64,000 nt of DNA. Source: a virus. A program made the translations under genes and the position numbers. Below the pieces are notes generated by a model. It searched no databases. It was given only the letters and a program-made list of their open reading frames with translations, and had not been told where the DNA came from. The stretch is from positions 1 to 64,000 of the IMG/VR virus record IMGVR_UViG_3300035150_000015. One strand, given 5' to 3'. Below are positions 29,360-38,490 of this stretch, one piece after another. How positions within the stretch are numbered: the first letter of the stretch is position 1; the number at the start of each line of letters is the position of its first letter.

Positions 29360-30272
29360 TTCCAAAATCTTTCTCGGTCAGAATTCGGAAGTCCCACCCT
29401 TGATCAAAAGCAAAAGAAGAAGCTTGACGAAGACGCTTCCGAATCTTGTGTTCTTCAGGCAGCTCCAGCACCCAACTGGCCTTCACCTCTATCAAAACCA
29501 CTCCACTTCCATACCGAACCACAAAGTCTGGGAGAATCCACCGGCCACCCGGAAGTTCCAGTCTGGGTTCAAAATGATACTCCAGAACCGAAGTGTCTGA
29601 GTCTAATATCTTGACCACGACCCTTTCGTAGCTACTGCGGGTCCAGATTGGAGACCGAGAACACTTCTCGGGGGTCACCCAGGCTCCTCTTCCACGACAC
29701 CATTTCTCAGGGGTCTTCAGCATCCTTTTAGTTTGAGCCTCAGAGCGTTCTCTTCTGGTTTCCTCAGAACGATGATAATCCAGGAGGGCTTTCCGGAACT
29801 CCGGATTCTGCCATCTCCGAAGAGCCGACTGATGTCTCCTCTCCTTCACCTCCGGACGAAGAGAAGCCAACCGAAGGGTTTCTCGTTCTTGTTCGGAACG
29901 AATACGACCTCGGTGAAAGTCGAAGGAACCTGATGCCCATTGCAACTTCAACTGGCCAGACAGCCAAGGTTTTTTCTCTCCTTTTCTAGCTCTACCAACC
30001 TTCGCTGCACTCTCTCGACGATTTCTCCGAGAAGCCTCATTCCACATCGCACGAGTGCCCCTTTGAATAGCCCCTAAAGAGAGGCCAGTCACTGCGATCA
30101 TATGGTTCCAACTCATACCCGAAAGATGAAGTTCGGTGATGATATCTCGACGCTTCTCAGTTACCCAATGTAGGTCTTTGGGCAAGCGACCTTTTCGAGA
30201 GAACAACTCCCAAGACAACCCATGCTTCTCAAGAAGGGGTATCAGTTCCGTGGATGGTTTCGAAGAGCTCAC
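29334..30272 (-). CDS. TnsA-like PD-(D/E)XK free-standing endonuclease within split intein 1
   Basis: RSSYE...YHFEP...ILPDFVV...LIEVKA...FRILTE; HTH and helical repeats N-terminally; start uncertain. Confidence 0.8.
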   Translation of the reverse strand: MSSSKPSTELIPLLEKHGLSWELFSRKGRLPKDLHWVTEKRRDIITELHLSGMSWNHMIAVTGLSLGAIQRGTRAMWNEASRRNRRESAAKVGRARKGEKKPWLSGQLKLQWASGSFDFHRGRIRSEQERETLRLASLRPEVKERRHQSALRRWQNPEFRKALLDYHRSEETRRERSEAQTKRMLKTPEKWCRGRGAWVTPEKCSRSPIWTRSSYERVVVKILDSDTSVLEYHFEPRLELPGGRWILPDFVVRYGSGVVLIEVKASWVLELPEEHKIRKRLRQASSFAFDQGWDFRILTEKDFGNVERSTTR

Positions 30273-30726
30273 GGAGGGATACTATCATTTTTCCCCCATC
30301 CACATCAAGCTCAATCTCCTCTTCTCCCCCAAGGCAATTGTCTCTCAGGAGGATCCTGAGCCTCCGCATCATATCCGTTTCACAGTCACTGTAAAGAGTC
30401 ACCAAGTTTGTGGCTTTGTCGATGACCTCGAACTCCTGGACCACCTGATGCACGGGTCCGCCAACCAACTCCCGGAAAGTCCAACGAACCCGGTAGGATC
30501 CAATATTGGCATCCAGAGGGATGATGATCGAGGCGTAGTAGTGCCCAACCGAGGGGTTGACAGGTGTGCGATGAGGGACTCCCAAAAGAACCTCTAACCC
30601 GGTCGTGAAATCGTAGAGGGCATAGGTAATTTCGGCCGCATTGGTAGGGTGTCCTGAACTGTTGTCCAAGTAAATGTTCAGGTCCTCGGCGCCTAGTTGC
30701 TGACCTCGGTAAAACGCTACGGACAT
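30229..30726 (-). CDS. split gene piece 1: N-extein (130 aa) + N-intein 1 (35 aa); putative neck/adaptor protein
   Basis: RRLRILLRDN|CLGGEEEIEL...IVSLRELFE (block A from 30336). Confidence 0.85.
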   Translation of the reverse strand: MSVAFYRGQQLGAEDLNIYLDNSSGHPTNAAEITYALYDFTTGLEVLLGVPHRTPVNPSVGHYYASIIIPLDANIGSYRVRWTFRELVGGPVHQVVQEFEVIDKATNLVTLYSDCETDMMRRLRILLRDNCLGGEEEIELDVDGGKMIVSLRELFETIHGTDTPS

Positions 30727-30914
30727 GTTGCCTCCAATTGCTCGCGCTCAAGGGCTTTTCCTTGACGTTTTGCCCTTGCTCTAGCAGACCAAACCCGATC
30801 ACCACACAAGGGGCAACAGCACCCTCCGGACTTTCCGAGAAATGACAACCAGCCATAGGGGTTCATGCGACGAGCCCCACGGCCGTTCGAAAGCTTGAGC
30901 TTGATACGCTTCAT
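30717..30914 (-). CDS. small basic Cys-containing hypothetical protein
   Basis: 65 aa filling the intergenic gap; CCCPLC. Confidence 0.45.
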   Translation of the reverse strand: MKRIKLKLSNGRGARRMNPYGWLSFLGKSGGCCCPLCGDRVWSARARAKRQGKALEREQLEATCP

Positions 30915-30916
30915 CC

Positions 30917-31300
30917 CTACCTATCGGACCGCCAACCAGCCTCAAATTTGTCAGCTAGCGATGCACACATGGCGCCAGGATCATCGATGCCCTCTTTTCC
31001 CTGAAGTCTCTTGATGCAAGCTGTCACCTTGTGTTTCCGGTCTCCTGTCAAGCTCTCCCAAAAGCTCTTGAGAGACTTCTGAGTCCAGCCCTTGGGGAGG
31101 TTCTTCCAAGCTGCTGTCATGATCCGAGTATCACTAAAAAGAGCATAGGCCCGAACCTTGGATATACCCATAGAAGCCATCTTGGTGGCGCACTGGGGGC
31201 ACAACGCAGCAATCTGCTCTCGGGTCACCCAGACATCGTCTTGGGAAGAATCTACTCTCGAAGCTAGGAAATCACTAACAACACGATCTGAAAGGGTCAT
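30917..31300 (-). CDS. hypothetical protein
   Basis: MTLSDRVVSDFLASR; CPQC; LPKGWTQKSLKSFW module. Confidence 0.6.
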   Translation of the reverse strand: MTLSDRVVSDFLASRVDSSQDDVWVTREQIAALCPQCATKMASMGISKVRAYALFSDTRIMTAAWKNLPKGWTQKSLKSFWESLTGDRKHKVTACIKRLQGKEGIDDPGAMCASLADKFEAGWRSDR

Positions 31301-31301
31301 T

Positions 31302-32054
31302 TCAATTCCACCCATACTTTCTGCACCGAACCGTCGCATCCATTGGGTCATTGGCCATGACTGCGTCCAAAACCCTGAAAGTCATCTCTTTGGTCTGAGC
31401 CTTGAACTGAGGGCTCTCCTGGTATTCCCAGACTATAACCCAATCACCGGGCTGCCCGAGCTCCCCGGCCCGGCCCGTTGCATAGTACTCCCCCACGTCT
31501 CCCTTCACCGGGAGTCTAGACGGACCCACTTGAAAACGTGTGCCATTAGGCCTTTTTTGGTAGAGGGTATAGACCACCCTCACCGGTGATACAGGTCCAG
31601 CTGCGTCCCTGATGTAGATTGCCAGGTCACCCCTTTGAAAAAACTCCATGTACCGGAAACACTTCGAGGGACATGTGGTAGCCCCATATACCGTGTGGGT
31701 GTAAACACCCAAAGAGCCATATAGCCAGGAATCCCCCACAAGAGGTAACGGGTACCACCAAAGTAGCTCGCTGCCCCCTGACAATCTTCCGGAGAGACGG
31801 ACTATTCGATCCAGACTACCAGAAACCTCACCTACCCCGTCCAGGATCCCTGCGAGGTTTTCCGGGAGAACGGGAGGATCCGCCTCTATGCCACCGATTC
31901 CTTGAAAGGTGCCAAATAACGGTTGGATCAGACCAACGGTTCCTTGTTCTGCTCCGATGGTCCCCGATCCCTCAAAGAAAACTTGGAACAGACTGAGAGT
32001 ACCCTCTAGACTAGAGGTCCCTTCTAGACCACCCTGGAACGGAATTAGAGCCAA
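31302..32054 (-). CDS. putative virion structural protein
   Basis: Gly-periodic N-half; C-domain resembles the N-extein of 30229..30726. Confidence 0.5.
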   Translation of the reverse strand: MALIPFQGGLEGTSSLEGTLSLFQVFFEGSGTIGAEQGTVGLIQPLFGTFQGIGGIEADPPVLPENLAGILDGVGEVSGSLDRIVRLSGRLSGGSELLWWYPLPLVGDSWLYGSLGVYTHTVYGATTCPSKCFRYMEFFQRGDLAIYIRDAAGPVSPVRVVYTLYQKRPNGTRFQVGPSRLPVKGDVGEYYATGRAGELGQPGDWVIVWEYQESPQFKAQTKEMTFRVLDAVMANDPMDATVRCRKYGWN

Positions 32055-32447
32055 TTATGACTCCGAGGCAAATAGCTGCCCTATAGCGAAAACAGCTTGG
32101 TTTCCCAAAGAAATGGTTCTAGGCACGGAAAGAGCAGTCCAGTAGAGCATATTCCCTGCCGTCACAGCATCGAAGGCGGCGAATGCTACTACTGTGCCCC
32201 AGTCCGCTGTAGCTGTCCCAAAATCCACTGCTGCTGTATTGCTGATCTGCACTGGAGGGGTTTCGGTAGCGTCTTCAAACGTGACCGCCTTACGGATATA
32301 CCCTCCACCAGTGACCTCGGTACCACCTCCAGCGTCCGTAGGGGCTACTGTAAAGAGAGCGATGTAAACAGCAGCCGGGGAAGTGTAGGTGGTAGCCCGG
32401 AAAACATGGTTGAGAAGGGCAGCCTTCAAATAGTTTGACTTAGCCAT
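32055..32447 (-). CDS. small phage virion structural protein
   Basis: SNYLKAALLNHVF..VYIALFTVAPTDAGGGTEVTGGGY, a widespread phage structural family. Confidence 0.7.
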   Translation of the reverse strand: MAKSNYLKAALLNHVFRATTYTSPAAVYIALFTVAPTDAGGGTEVTGGGYIRKAVTFEDATETPPVQISNTAAVDFGTATADWGTVVAFAAFDAVTAGNMLYWTALSVPRTISLGNQAVFAIGQLFASES

Positions 32448-32510
32448 AATCCTAGTATCCTAGCGAAGGGTTCTGATAAAAAGCTTCGGACCTAGGACCC
32501 TTGGCCAAAC

Positions 32511-32906
32511 TCAAGAGCTGGGTTTGGTGAACGAGGCTCTCAAGCCCGAATCCGTGATAGGGTACTGGACCACATCGAAATCTTGAGCCATGATCTGGGC
32601 TCCGGCCGGATAGTTAACCAAAAGACGCCAATACCCAGCGGAACTGGGGCGGAACCTCATGTTGTAGATGCCGGGGGAGCCGGGAACTTCGTGCCAGTAC
32701 ACATTCCCAGAATGGACTTGGAGGTCGGTCGTAGTGGACCCGTCAATAAGAGTCCAAGGCTGTAGAGAGTTGTTGAAATAGAGCTCACATTTCAAGTCCG
32801 CTGGAGTCAACCCAGTGACTCGAGTGTAGCCGTCCCCCTCGAAGAAATCCGCCTGGTCTAGGATTACTTGATTAACCGGGACTAGTCTGCCTCGGATGGT
32901 TACCAT
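32511..32906 (-). CDS. putative virion protein (beta-sandwich)
   Basis: 131 aa with GAGG RBS. Confidence 0.5.
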   Translation of the reverse strand: MVTIRGRLVPVNQVILDQADFFEGDGYTRVTGLTPADLKCELYFNNSLQPWTLIDGSTTTDLQVHSGNVYWHEVPGSPGIYNMRFRPSSAGYWRLLVNYPAGAQIMAQDFDVVQYPITDSGLRASFTKPSS

Positions 32907-32918
32907 TTATTCCTCACT

Positions 32919-33179
32919 TCACGGCATATGAACGACACTCTTGAGCATCTTGATGGCATTGGCGTACAACTGCGCTGGAACTCTCCCCGTCTGGCTGACC
33001 CACCCATTCTTCAATTCGGCCATGTTGCACACTGAAGTGTCGAAAATGAAAGTGACTTTTCCCATGTTCCGGGAAGTCCTAATCATCTGAACTCCAGCTA
33101 CTTGCAAGTATGCGGCATAGTATAGGTCAGAGGTGGAGTATTCAGGGGTCTTCCCCTGGTTAGGGTTTTGCGTCATCAT
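32919..33179 (-). CDS. DUF5659-like small protein
   Basis: YSTSDLYYAAYL...KVTFIF. Confidence 0.55.
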   Translation of the reverse strand: MMTQNPNQGKTPEYSTSDLYYAAYLQVAGVQMIRTSRNMGKVTFIFDTSVCNMAELKNGWVSQTGRVPAQLYANAIKMLKSVVHMP

Positions 33180-33240
33180 CTAATATCCCAATCTCGGCGC
33201 GCAGCACCGTAAAAAGAGTCCAAATCTGAATCTAAATCTT

Positions 33241-33258
33241 GGGGGCCCGAAGGCCCCC
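33241..33258 (-). terminator. cUUCGg hairpin after 33273..34382
   Basis: GGGGGCC-TTCG-GGCCCCC; no U-tract. Confidence 0.55.
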
Positions 33259-33272
33259 GATAGTCAAAGTGA

Positions 33273-34382
33273 TTAGGCTAGAGCTTCCGCAGCCGAGACC
33301 CGATTACGAACTCGGACCTTCACGGAAGTGGTAGTGGTAGCCGCACCCGGAATAAGGGAAGCCGGAACAACCACAGAGGTGGCAGAAATAGACCCGCCAG
33401 CTGCCACAATCTGAGACTGATTCAAAGATTTGGCCACATCACCAGTGAATTGGACAACGGTATCCAGGAGCTCGCTGTTTCCGAGACCTGTGCCAGCAAT
33501 GGTGACATCCCCAGTCGTTGGGGAGTCCAAAGTAGCTGAAGAAATGGTCGGCAAAGTCACGGACATGGCAGAAGCGCCATCGTCCTGAACCACTTGAATG
33601 GCCGCCCCGGCAACTAGACCCTGACGGGAGTCAGGGTTGAAGGTAGCAGAACGAAGAGAAGCGATGTATCCCACGAGGTAGCTATCCAGAGCCACGGTAG
33701 TCTCGAGGAATTGCGGGGCAATGGCATCGGCTAAAGCTTCGTGAGTTCCACGTGTCGAGGGGATAAAGGCAAAAGCTGTGGAGCTCGTTCCAGACCCGAC
33801 TGTGTTCATCGTGGTGACAGAGACATCTAGTGTTCCGCCAACAGGATTCAAGTCAGTGATGATGGTCGTGGCCGAGGGCATGGCCCGAACGATAGCCGCC
33901 GTACCAAGGCCCAAATCAGGTAATGCCGTAGAACCCCCAACCTCACTATCGATACCCACATAAGAATTCACTCCGTGAGGACCTTCAAGGGCCAAGGTGT
34001 CACTGGTAGTGCCTTCACGCGCAGTGATGCCGGTGCCTACCAAAGCCGCGTTAACGGCCGCTGCCAGGTCAATGATGTTGGTATAGGTGGCGGCTGCAAT
34101 CGTCACCGAAGTATAGCTAGCTGCTGCCGATGTCCGCACCTTCAGGACATCGTTTGAGCTACCCGTGATAGTGATATTGAAGGTCAGGGCACTACCCTGA
34201 GCCACAGCACCTGCCCCAACTGAGGAATCGGACAAAACCATCTCGATTTCAGTAGTGGTGGGACGGGAAATGTAAACTTCCTGGCCAGGAGGTTCTGTCG
34301 AGAAGTTTCTCCGAGAGACAGGCTCCAAGTCGGCCAGGAGGACTGGTCCGGGAAGGTCGGCTCGAATAATTCCAACACGCAT
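33273..34382 (-). CDS. virion structural protein with C-terminal Ig/IPT-like domain
   Basis: Thr/Ser/Gly-rich; last ~90 aa match the repeats of 34775..36763. Confidence 0.65.
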   Translation of the reverse strand: MRVGIIRADLPGPVLLADLEPVSRRNFSTEPPGQEVYISRPTTTEIEMVLSDSSVGAGAVAQGSALTFNITITGSSNDVLKVRTSAAASYTSVTIAAATYTNIIDLAAAVNAALVGTGITAREGTTSDTLALEGPHGVNSYVGIDSEVGGSTALPDLGLGTAAIVRAMPSATTIITDLNPVGGTLDVSVTTMNTVGSGTSSTAFAFIPSTRGTHEALADAIAPQFLETTVALDSYLVGYIASLRSATFNPDSRQGLVAGAAIQVVQDDGASAMSVTLPTISSATLDSPTTGDVTIAGTGLGNSELLDTVVQFTGDVAKSLNQSQIVAAGGSISATSVVVPASLIPGAATTTTSVKVRVRNRVSAAEALA

Positions 34383-34398
34383 TGGTTTTTGCTCCTAG

Positions 34399-34767
34399 TC
34401 AGTTCTCTGGTTGAGAGTTGAAACGTCCCCTGGCCTGCTCAATCTTGAGGTTGCGGAGAATCGTTCCGTAGTCAGTGTAAAAATTGCTAATCGATTCGAT
34501 GAATTTGAGGTCATCCGTCCTCCAAGCGAACTTGGCGTCCCGAACGGTAAGCCGCATTCGCCTGAGGACAGTGAGAAAGAAAGTGGCTCGGTCCAACGTT
34601 TGGAACTCGGATTCCGCCTCTTCAAGGCGAGTGAATCTCGCCTGAACGTCCTTGAGCATGCTCCGGCGAAAAGGCTCCGGAATGAGGTCCTTGGGGCGCC
34701 ACCGACGTTCCAGCCGGTAGAACTGAGAACCTTCATGCTCAAGGATCGTGGGTAGGAGGAGGTACAC
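34399..34767 (-). CDS. hypothetical protein
   Basis: 122-aa GTG ORF filling the gap between two structural genes. Confidence 0.5.
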   Translation of the reverse strand: MYLLLPTILEHEGSQFYRLERRWRPKDLIPEPFRRSMLKDVQARFTRLEEAESEFQTLDRATFFLTVLRRMRLTVRDAKFAWRTDDLKFIESISNFYTDYGTILRNLKIEQARGRFNSQPEN

Positions 34768-34774
34768 AGGTTCA

Positions 34775-36763
34775 TTACGTCGTCACGGTGAAGGGGTCAC
34801 TGGTTGTGCTGTCTGCAGAGACGGTTACCTCATCACCAGCAGCCAGGAATGGCACAAGTGCAGCCGGAATGATGACCTGGGCGTCCCCGTAAGCAGCAAC
34901 GCCACCAGCCCCGAGAATTTGGGCTTTGGTCCTGGTCACATCGCCAACCCCGGAGCCAAACAAACGAACCGAAGAGCCAGCACCGTCAAGGCCAGCACCG
35001 TCAATGGTGATGTCCCCACCGCCTGGGGAACCAACAACAGCAGCCGTGACTACCGGAGCCAGATTCCAAGTATTGCTGTCTTGTCCACCCGCAGAGACCA
35101 CTACCGTATCGCCACCAGCCAGACCAGTCAGGTCGCTGGAGTCGATCACAATCTGAGTGTCCGAAACCGACCCGCCTCCGCTGATGATAGCAGCTGACGT
35201 CAGGGTAACCGGAGAACCAGCGATGGCTCCTGTCAGCACAACACTAACTGGAGTCGTACTGAACCCGATACCGTCAATCGTCAAATCTCCAGCACCCGGA
35301 GAATCCATAGCAGCAGCTGTGATTTCAGGTAGCGTGTACTCGAGACTGTCCACCCCATCCGCTGTCACTACGAAACTGTCCCCGGCTCCCATAGCTGGGA
35401 TCAGGGTCGCATCGATGATGATCTGGGTGTTGCTCACTGCTCCAGGAGGCGTTCCAGTGATGGTGGCTTCGCTTAGAGTCGTGGGTACCCCACCAATCGT
35501 GACTGTAACCGACGTAGTAGCCGGACCAGTTGAAGCGAGCCCTACACCGTCAATGGTAAGGTCTCCACCCGCAAGAGCAGCTCCAGTGATCACAGCAGCC
35601 AGGTTGTAAGTGTTACTATTCTGGCTGTCTGAAATGACCACAATTGTGTCTCCACCACCAAGGCTAGAGACTAGAGCCGCCGGGATCACAATTTGAGTAT
35701 CCGAAACCGTTCCGCCACCACCCGTGATGGCCGTCTCGGTAAGAGTCAAAGGTGAACCGGCCACTGCACCAGTGAGAAGTACAGAGGTACCACCGGGAGT
35801 CGTAGAAGCAAACCCAATACCGTCGATGGTGACGTCTCCGGCTGTCGGGGAATCCAACGTAGCCGAAGTGATAACCGCCGGCAGGTAGTAAGTGTTGCTC
35901 GGAGTGCCATCGGAGGTAACCACCACCGTGTCACCACCAGTGAGGCCTGGGATCAAGGTCGAGTCAATAACAATTGAGGTATCACCCACCGCTCCAGGAG
36001 GAACAGCAGTGATCTGAGATTCCGTGAGGGTAACGTCCCCCACACCAGAACCAACCAGGTGAACTGAAGTGACCGCTGGAGAGGTCGAAACGAAACCCAG
36101 ACCAGCAATCGTAATGTCCCCAGAAGAAGGACTGTTCTGAGTGATTCCAGAGATAGCTGCTGGAACGTAGGCAGTGTTGCTGTCTTGGCTGTCAGCGTGG
36201 ACAATCACCGTGTCCCCGGCCTGAAGACCAGCGATCAGGGTCGCATCGATGACAATCGAGGTGTTGCTCACTGAACCAGGGGAAGCCGCCTCAATTTGAG
36301 TCTTGGTCAAGGTAACCGAGCCAACGCCAGCACCAGCCAAGGTAACCGAGGTAACGTCCGGGAGCACCGATAGGAAGTTGGACCCAGCGATGGTGACGTC
36401 TCCAGCTGTCGGGGAATCCAAGGTCACTGTGGAAACCACTGGGGCAAGCTTGTCAGACGCCGACAGAGAGACCACCGAAATGAGCCCCGCCGCCAAAAAA
36501 CCAGCAATCTTCCCTGAGCCGGCCGAACGAACAACACTGTTCGTTTCATCCAAATCTATATAGCCAGCTTGAGCTGTGTTGGCTGGATTGCTGTAGGGAA
36601 TGTAGCAAGGCTGCTTCCGCCTATTCGCATACCCGTCGCGCTGGTAAGAATCAGGGTCAGCCGTAGATCCCATCCTGTGAACTGCTTTATTGGGTAGGCC
36701 ATCGTCGATATCGTCGATAAGGATACCGCCAAGACCGGTCTGAGAGTGAATTAGTCTCAACAT
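34775..36763 (-). CDS. virion surface protein with about six tandem Ig/IPT-like repeats
   Basis: ~90-aa units ATLDSPTAGDVTIxGxGF...VSDTQIVI...GGDTVVV...SNT. Confidence 0.75.
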   Translation of the reverse strand: MLRLIHSQTGLGGILIDDIDDGLPNKAVHRMGSTADPDSYQRDGYANRRKQPCYIPYSNPANTAQAGYIDLDETNSVVRSAGSGKIAGFLAAGLISVVSLSASDKLAPVVSTVTLDSPTAGDVTIAGSNFLSVLPDVTSVTLAGAGVGSVTLTKTQIEAASPGSVSNTSIVIDATLIAGLQAGDTVIVHADSQDSNTAYVPAAISGITQNSPSSGDITIAGLGFVSTSPAVTSVHLVGSGVGDVTLTESQITAVPPGAVGDTSIVIDSTLIPGLTGGDTVVVTSDGTPSNTYYLPAVITSATLDSPTAGDVTIDGIGFASTTPGGTSVLLTGAVAGSPLTLTETAITGGGGTVSDTQIVIPAALVSSLGGGDTIVVISDSQNSNTYNLAAVITGAALAGGDLTIDGVGLASTGPATTSVTVTIGGVPTTLSEATITGTPPGAVSNTQIIIDATLIPAMGAGDSFVVTADGVDSLEYTLPEITAAAMDSPGAGDLTIDGIGFSTTPVSVVLTGAIAGSPVTLTSAAIISGGGSVSDTQIVIDSSDLTGLAGGDTVVVSAGGQDSNTWNLAPVVTAAVVGSPGGGDITIDGAGLDGAGSSVRLFGSGVGDVTRTKAQILGAGGVAAYGDAQVIIPAALVPFLAAGDEVTVSADSTTSDPFTVTT

Positions 36764-36818
36764 CCTATGTTTCTCCGTACGGGACCTTTAAGGCCTCTGG
36801 TTACCTGCCGGATCCGGG

Positions 36819-37671
36819 TCATAAAAGGAAACTGGCATCCTCGTACCCCTTCCGTCGCATCTCCTTCACCTTAGAAGGAGAGAAGTCCAATGAATCTTCA
36901 ATTAAAACGCAATTCGGCCGCTGGACCCGAATTTTCACGTTCTTGTAGGAACCGTTCAATACGGCCAAATCATTCTTCAATCCGGCCTCCCGAAGGTCTC
37001 CTCGAATAATCTCATCCCCCATTAAGTCCACAGCCCTCATGGCTCGTGATAAAGCATTTTTCTTTTTTGAGTCCCAGACCCTACGGAGGTCAGGGTTTGA
37101 ACACAAGATCACATCAATTTCCGTAGCCCCGGCTCGGATGGCCGCTCCCAAGGGAGCTACATTCCGAATACCGCCGTCAGTCCACTCTTCCCCATCCAAC
37201 TTGATGGGGTTAAGAAAGGCCGGAAAGCTAGACGAAGCAAGGACCCAATCGGCCAACCTCTCAGAATTCTCGGTGGCCAAACAATAGTCGCCAGTGTTCC
37301 AGCTAACCGCCCCAATTCTTACAGATCTACCCGAATTCCTAATTTTGGAAACATCGAGCTCAGACTTGACCCATTTTTCAAGAGGAGCAGAATTGTAGAC
37401 TGAGGGCTTCCAGAGAGCGGCCAAATACCACCCAAACCACCACTTACGAATTTTCCTGTTCTCAACCCGATTCCAGATTCTATCTAGGTACTCGTAGGCC
37501 CTCTCAGGGTCCCCAAGCGGAGCTTGAGAAAGGGCCGCCGAATTGAGAGCCCCGACCGAAACACCGCAGACAATATCATAGTCCCGCTTATCCTCTAGGA
37601 GCCACTTCTGAAGAACCCCGACTTCATACGCACCTTTGCTTCCCCCCGCCTCCAAGGACCAACGCTCTCAT
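36819..37671 (-). pseudogene. patatin-like phospholipase, one extra G in a G6 tract near the start
   Basis: GGSKG, GVSVG and DGG motifs intact. RBS-led ATG 37671 (MRALVLGGG) is out of frame with the body. Confidence 0.8.
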
Positions 37672-37705
37672 AACACACCTTTTTCTACTTTGGCTACCAT
37701 GTAGC

Positions 37706-38479
37706 TTAATCTCCAGAATCTCGGTTTAGGAGCCACCAACGTAGGTTCCCCCTAACCTTTATAGGGGTACTAGGAGAAACTTCGTGGGAAAAGTAGCTAA
37801 TACGGACAAGTAAAGGTGGGGACACCGTTTTCGAACCATTGGCCATCACCTGAATGACTTGGCCATCATTGGGCAGGTAGACCCCCACCCCATACTTCAA
37901 GAGTTCCACTTCCCCGGGAGCTTCCGTAGCAGGAGAAAAAGGCCAGTCCCCCAAACCTAAAGCCGCCCAAGAAGTTTCCGACTCCCCTTCAGGAAAAATG
38001 ATGGTGAAATCCAAATAGTCGTCCTCATGTCCGGACTTGTTTTCCATCCATATGGAATGAACCCCCTGAATATCTAACGGAGACGGAAGAGAAAAGTCGT
38101 AGTTGGTTTTCTTCGGGATCTCTTCTTCGTTAGTAGGGGATTCCGGGGACATCTTGAACCCGACAATCTGCATCAAGCTCGTCGAACCTGAAGGCTCCTG
38201 TACGACCCTAAGACAGCCATCTGAACTGCGAGTGGCTAAAACCGGCGTCACTGGAAGTGGTACCCCGTCATGTGCCCCTATCACAGCTCCCAGTTCTGTC
38301 GTTTGCTCAGAATTCAGGTCTGCTTGAAAGTCAACTGTGAGTACGTCCCCAGAAGTAGAAACCCCCTCCAACTCTACAGGTATGTCAGTGTCCGACCGGA
38401 TCTCATAGTCTAGTTTGGAGCAAGACACAGCACCATTCTGGGTGTCATCGGCTACACTGAAAACGAATTGAGTCGTCAT
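37706..38479 (-). CDS. hypothetical acidic, structural-like protein
   Basis: AGGAG RBS, MTTQFVFSVADD. Confidence 0.55.
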   Translation of the reverse strand: MTTQFVFSVADDTQNGAVSCSKLDYEIRSDTDIPVELEGVSTSGDVLTVDFQADLNSEQTTELGAVIGAHDGVPLPVTPVLATRSSDGCLRVVQEPSGSTSLMQIVGFKMSPESPTNEEEIPKKTNYDFSLPSPLDIQGVHSIWMENKSGHEDDYLDFTIIFPEGESETSWAALGLGDWPFSPATEAPGEVELLKYGVGVYLPNDGQVIQVMANGSKTVSPPLLVRISYFSHEVSPSTPIKVRGNLRWWLLNRDSGD

Positions 38480-38490
38480 TCCATAGTCTC

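Noticed and set aside
29334-30272. TnsA-like gene as part of a Tn7-like transposon
   Set aside because: No tnsB/C/D or transposon ends; it lies between split-intein halves like a homing nuclease.
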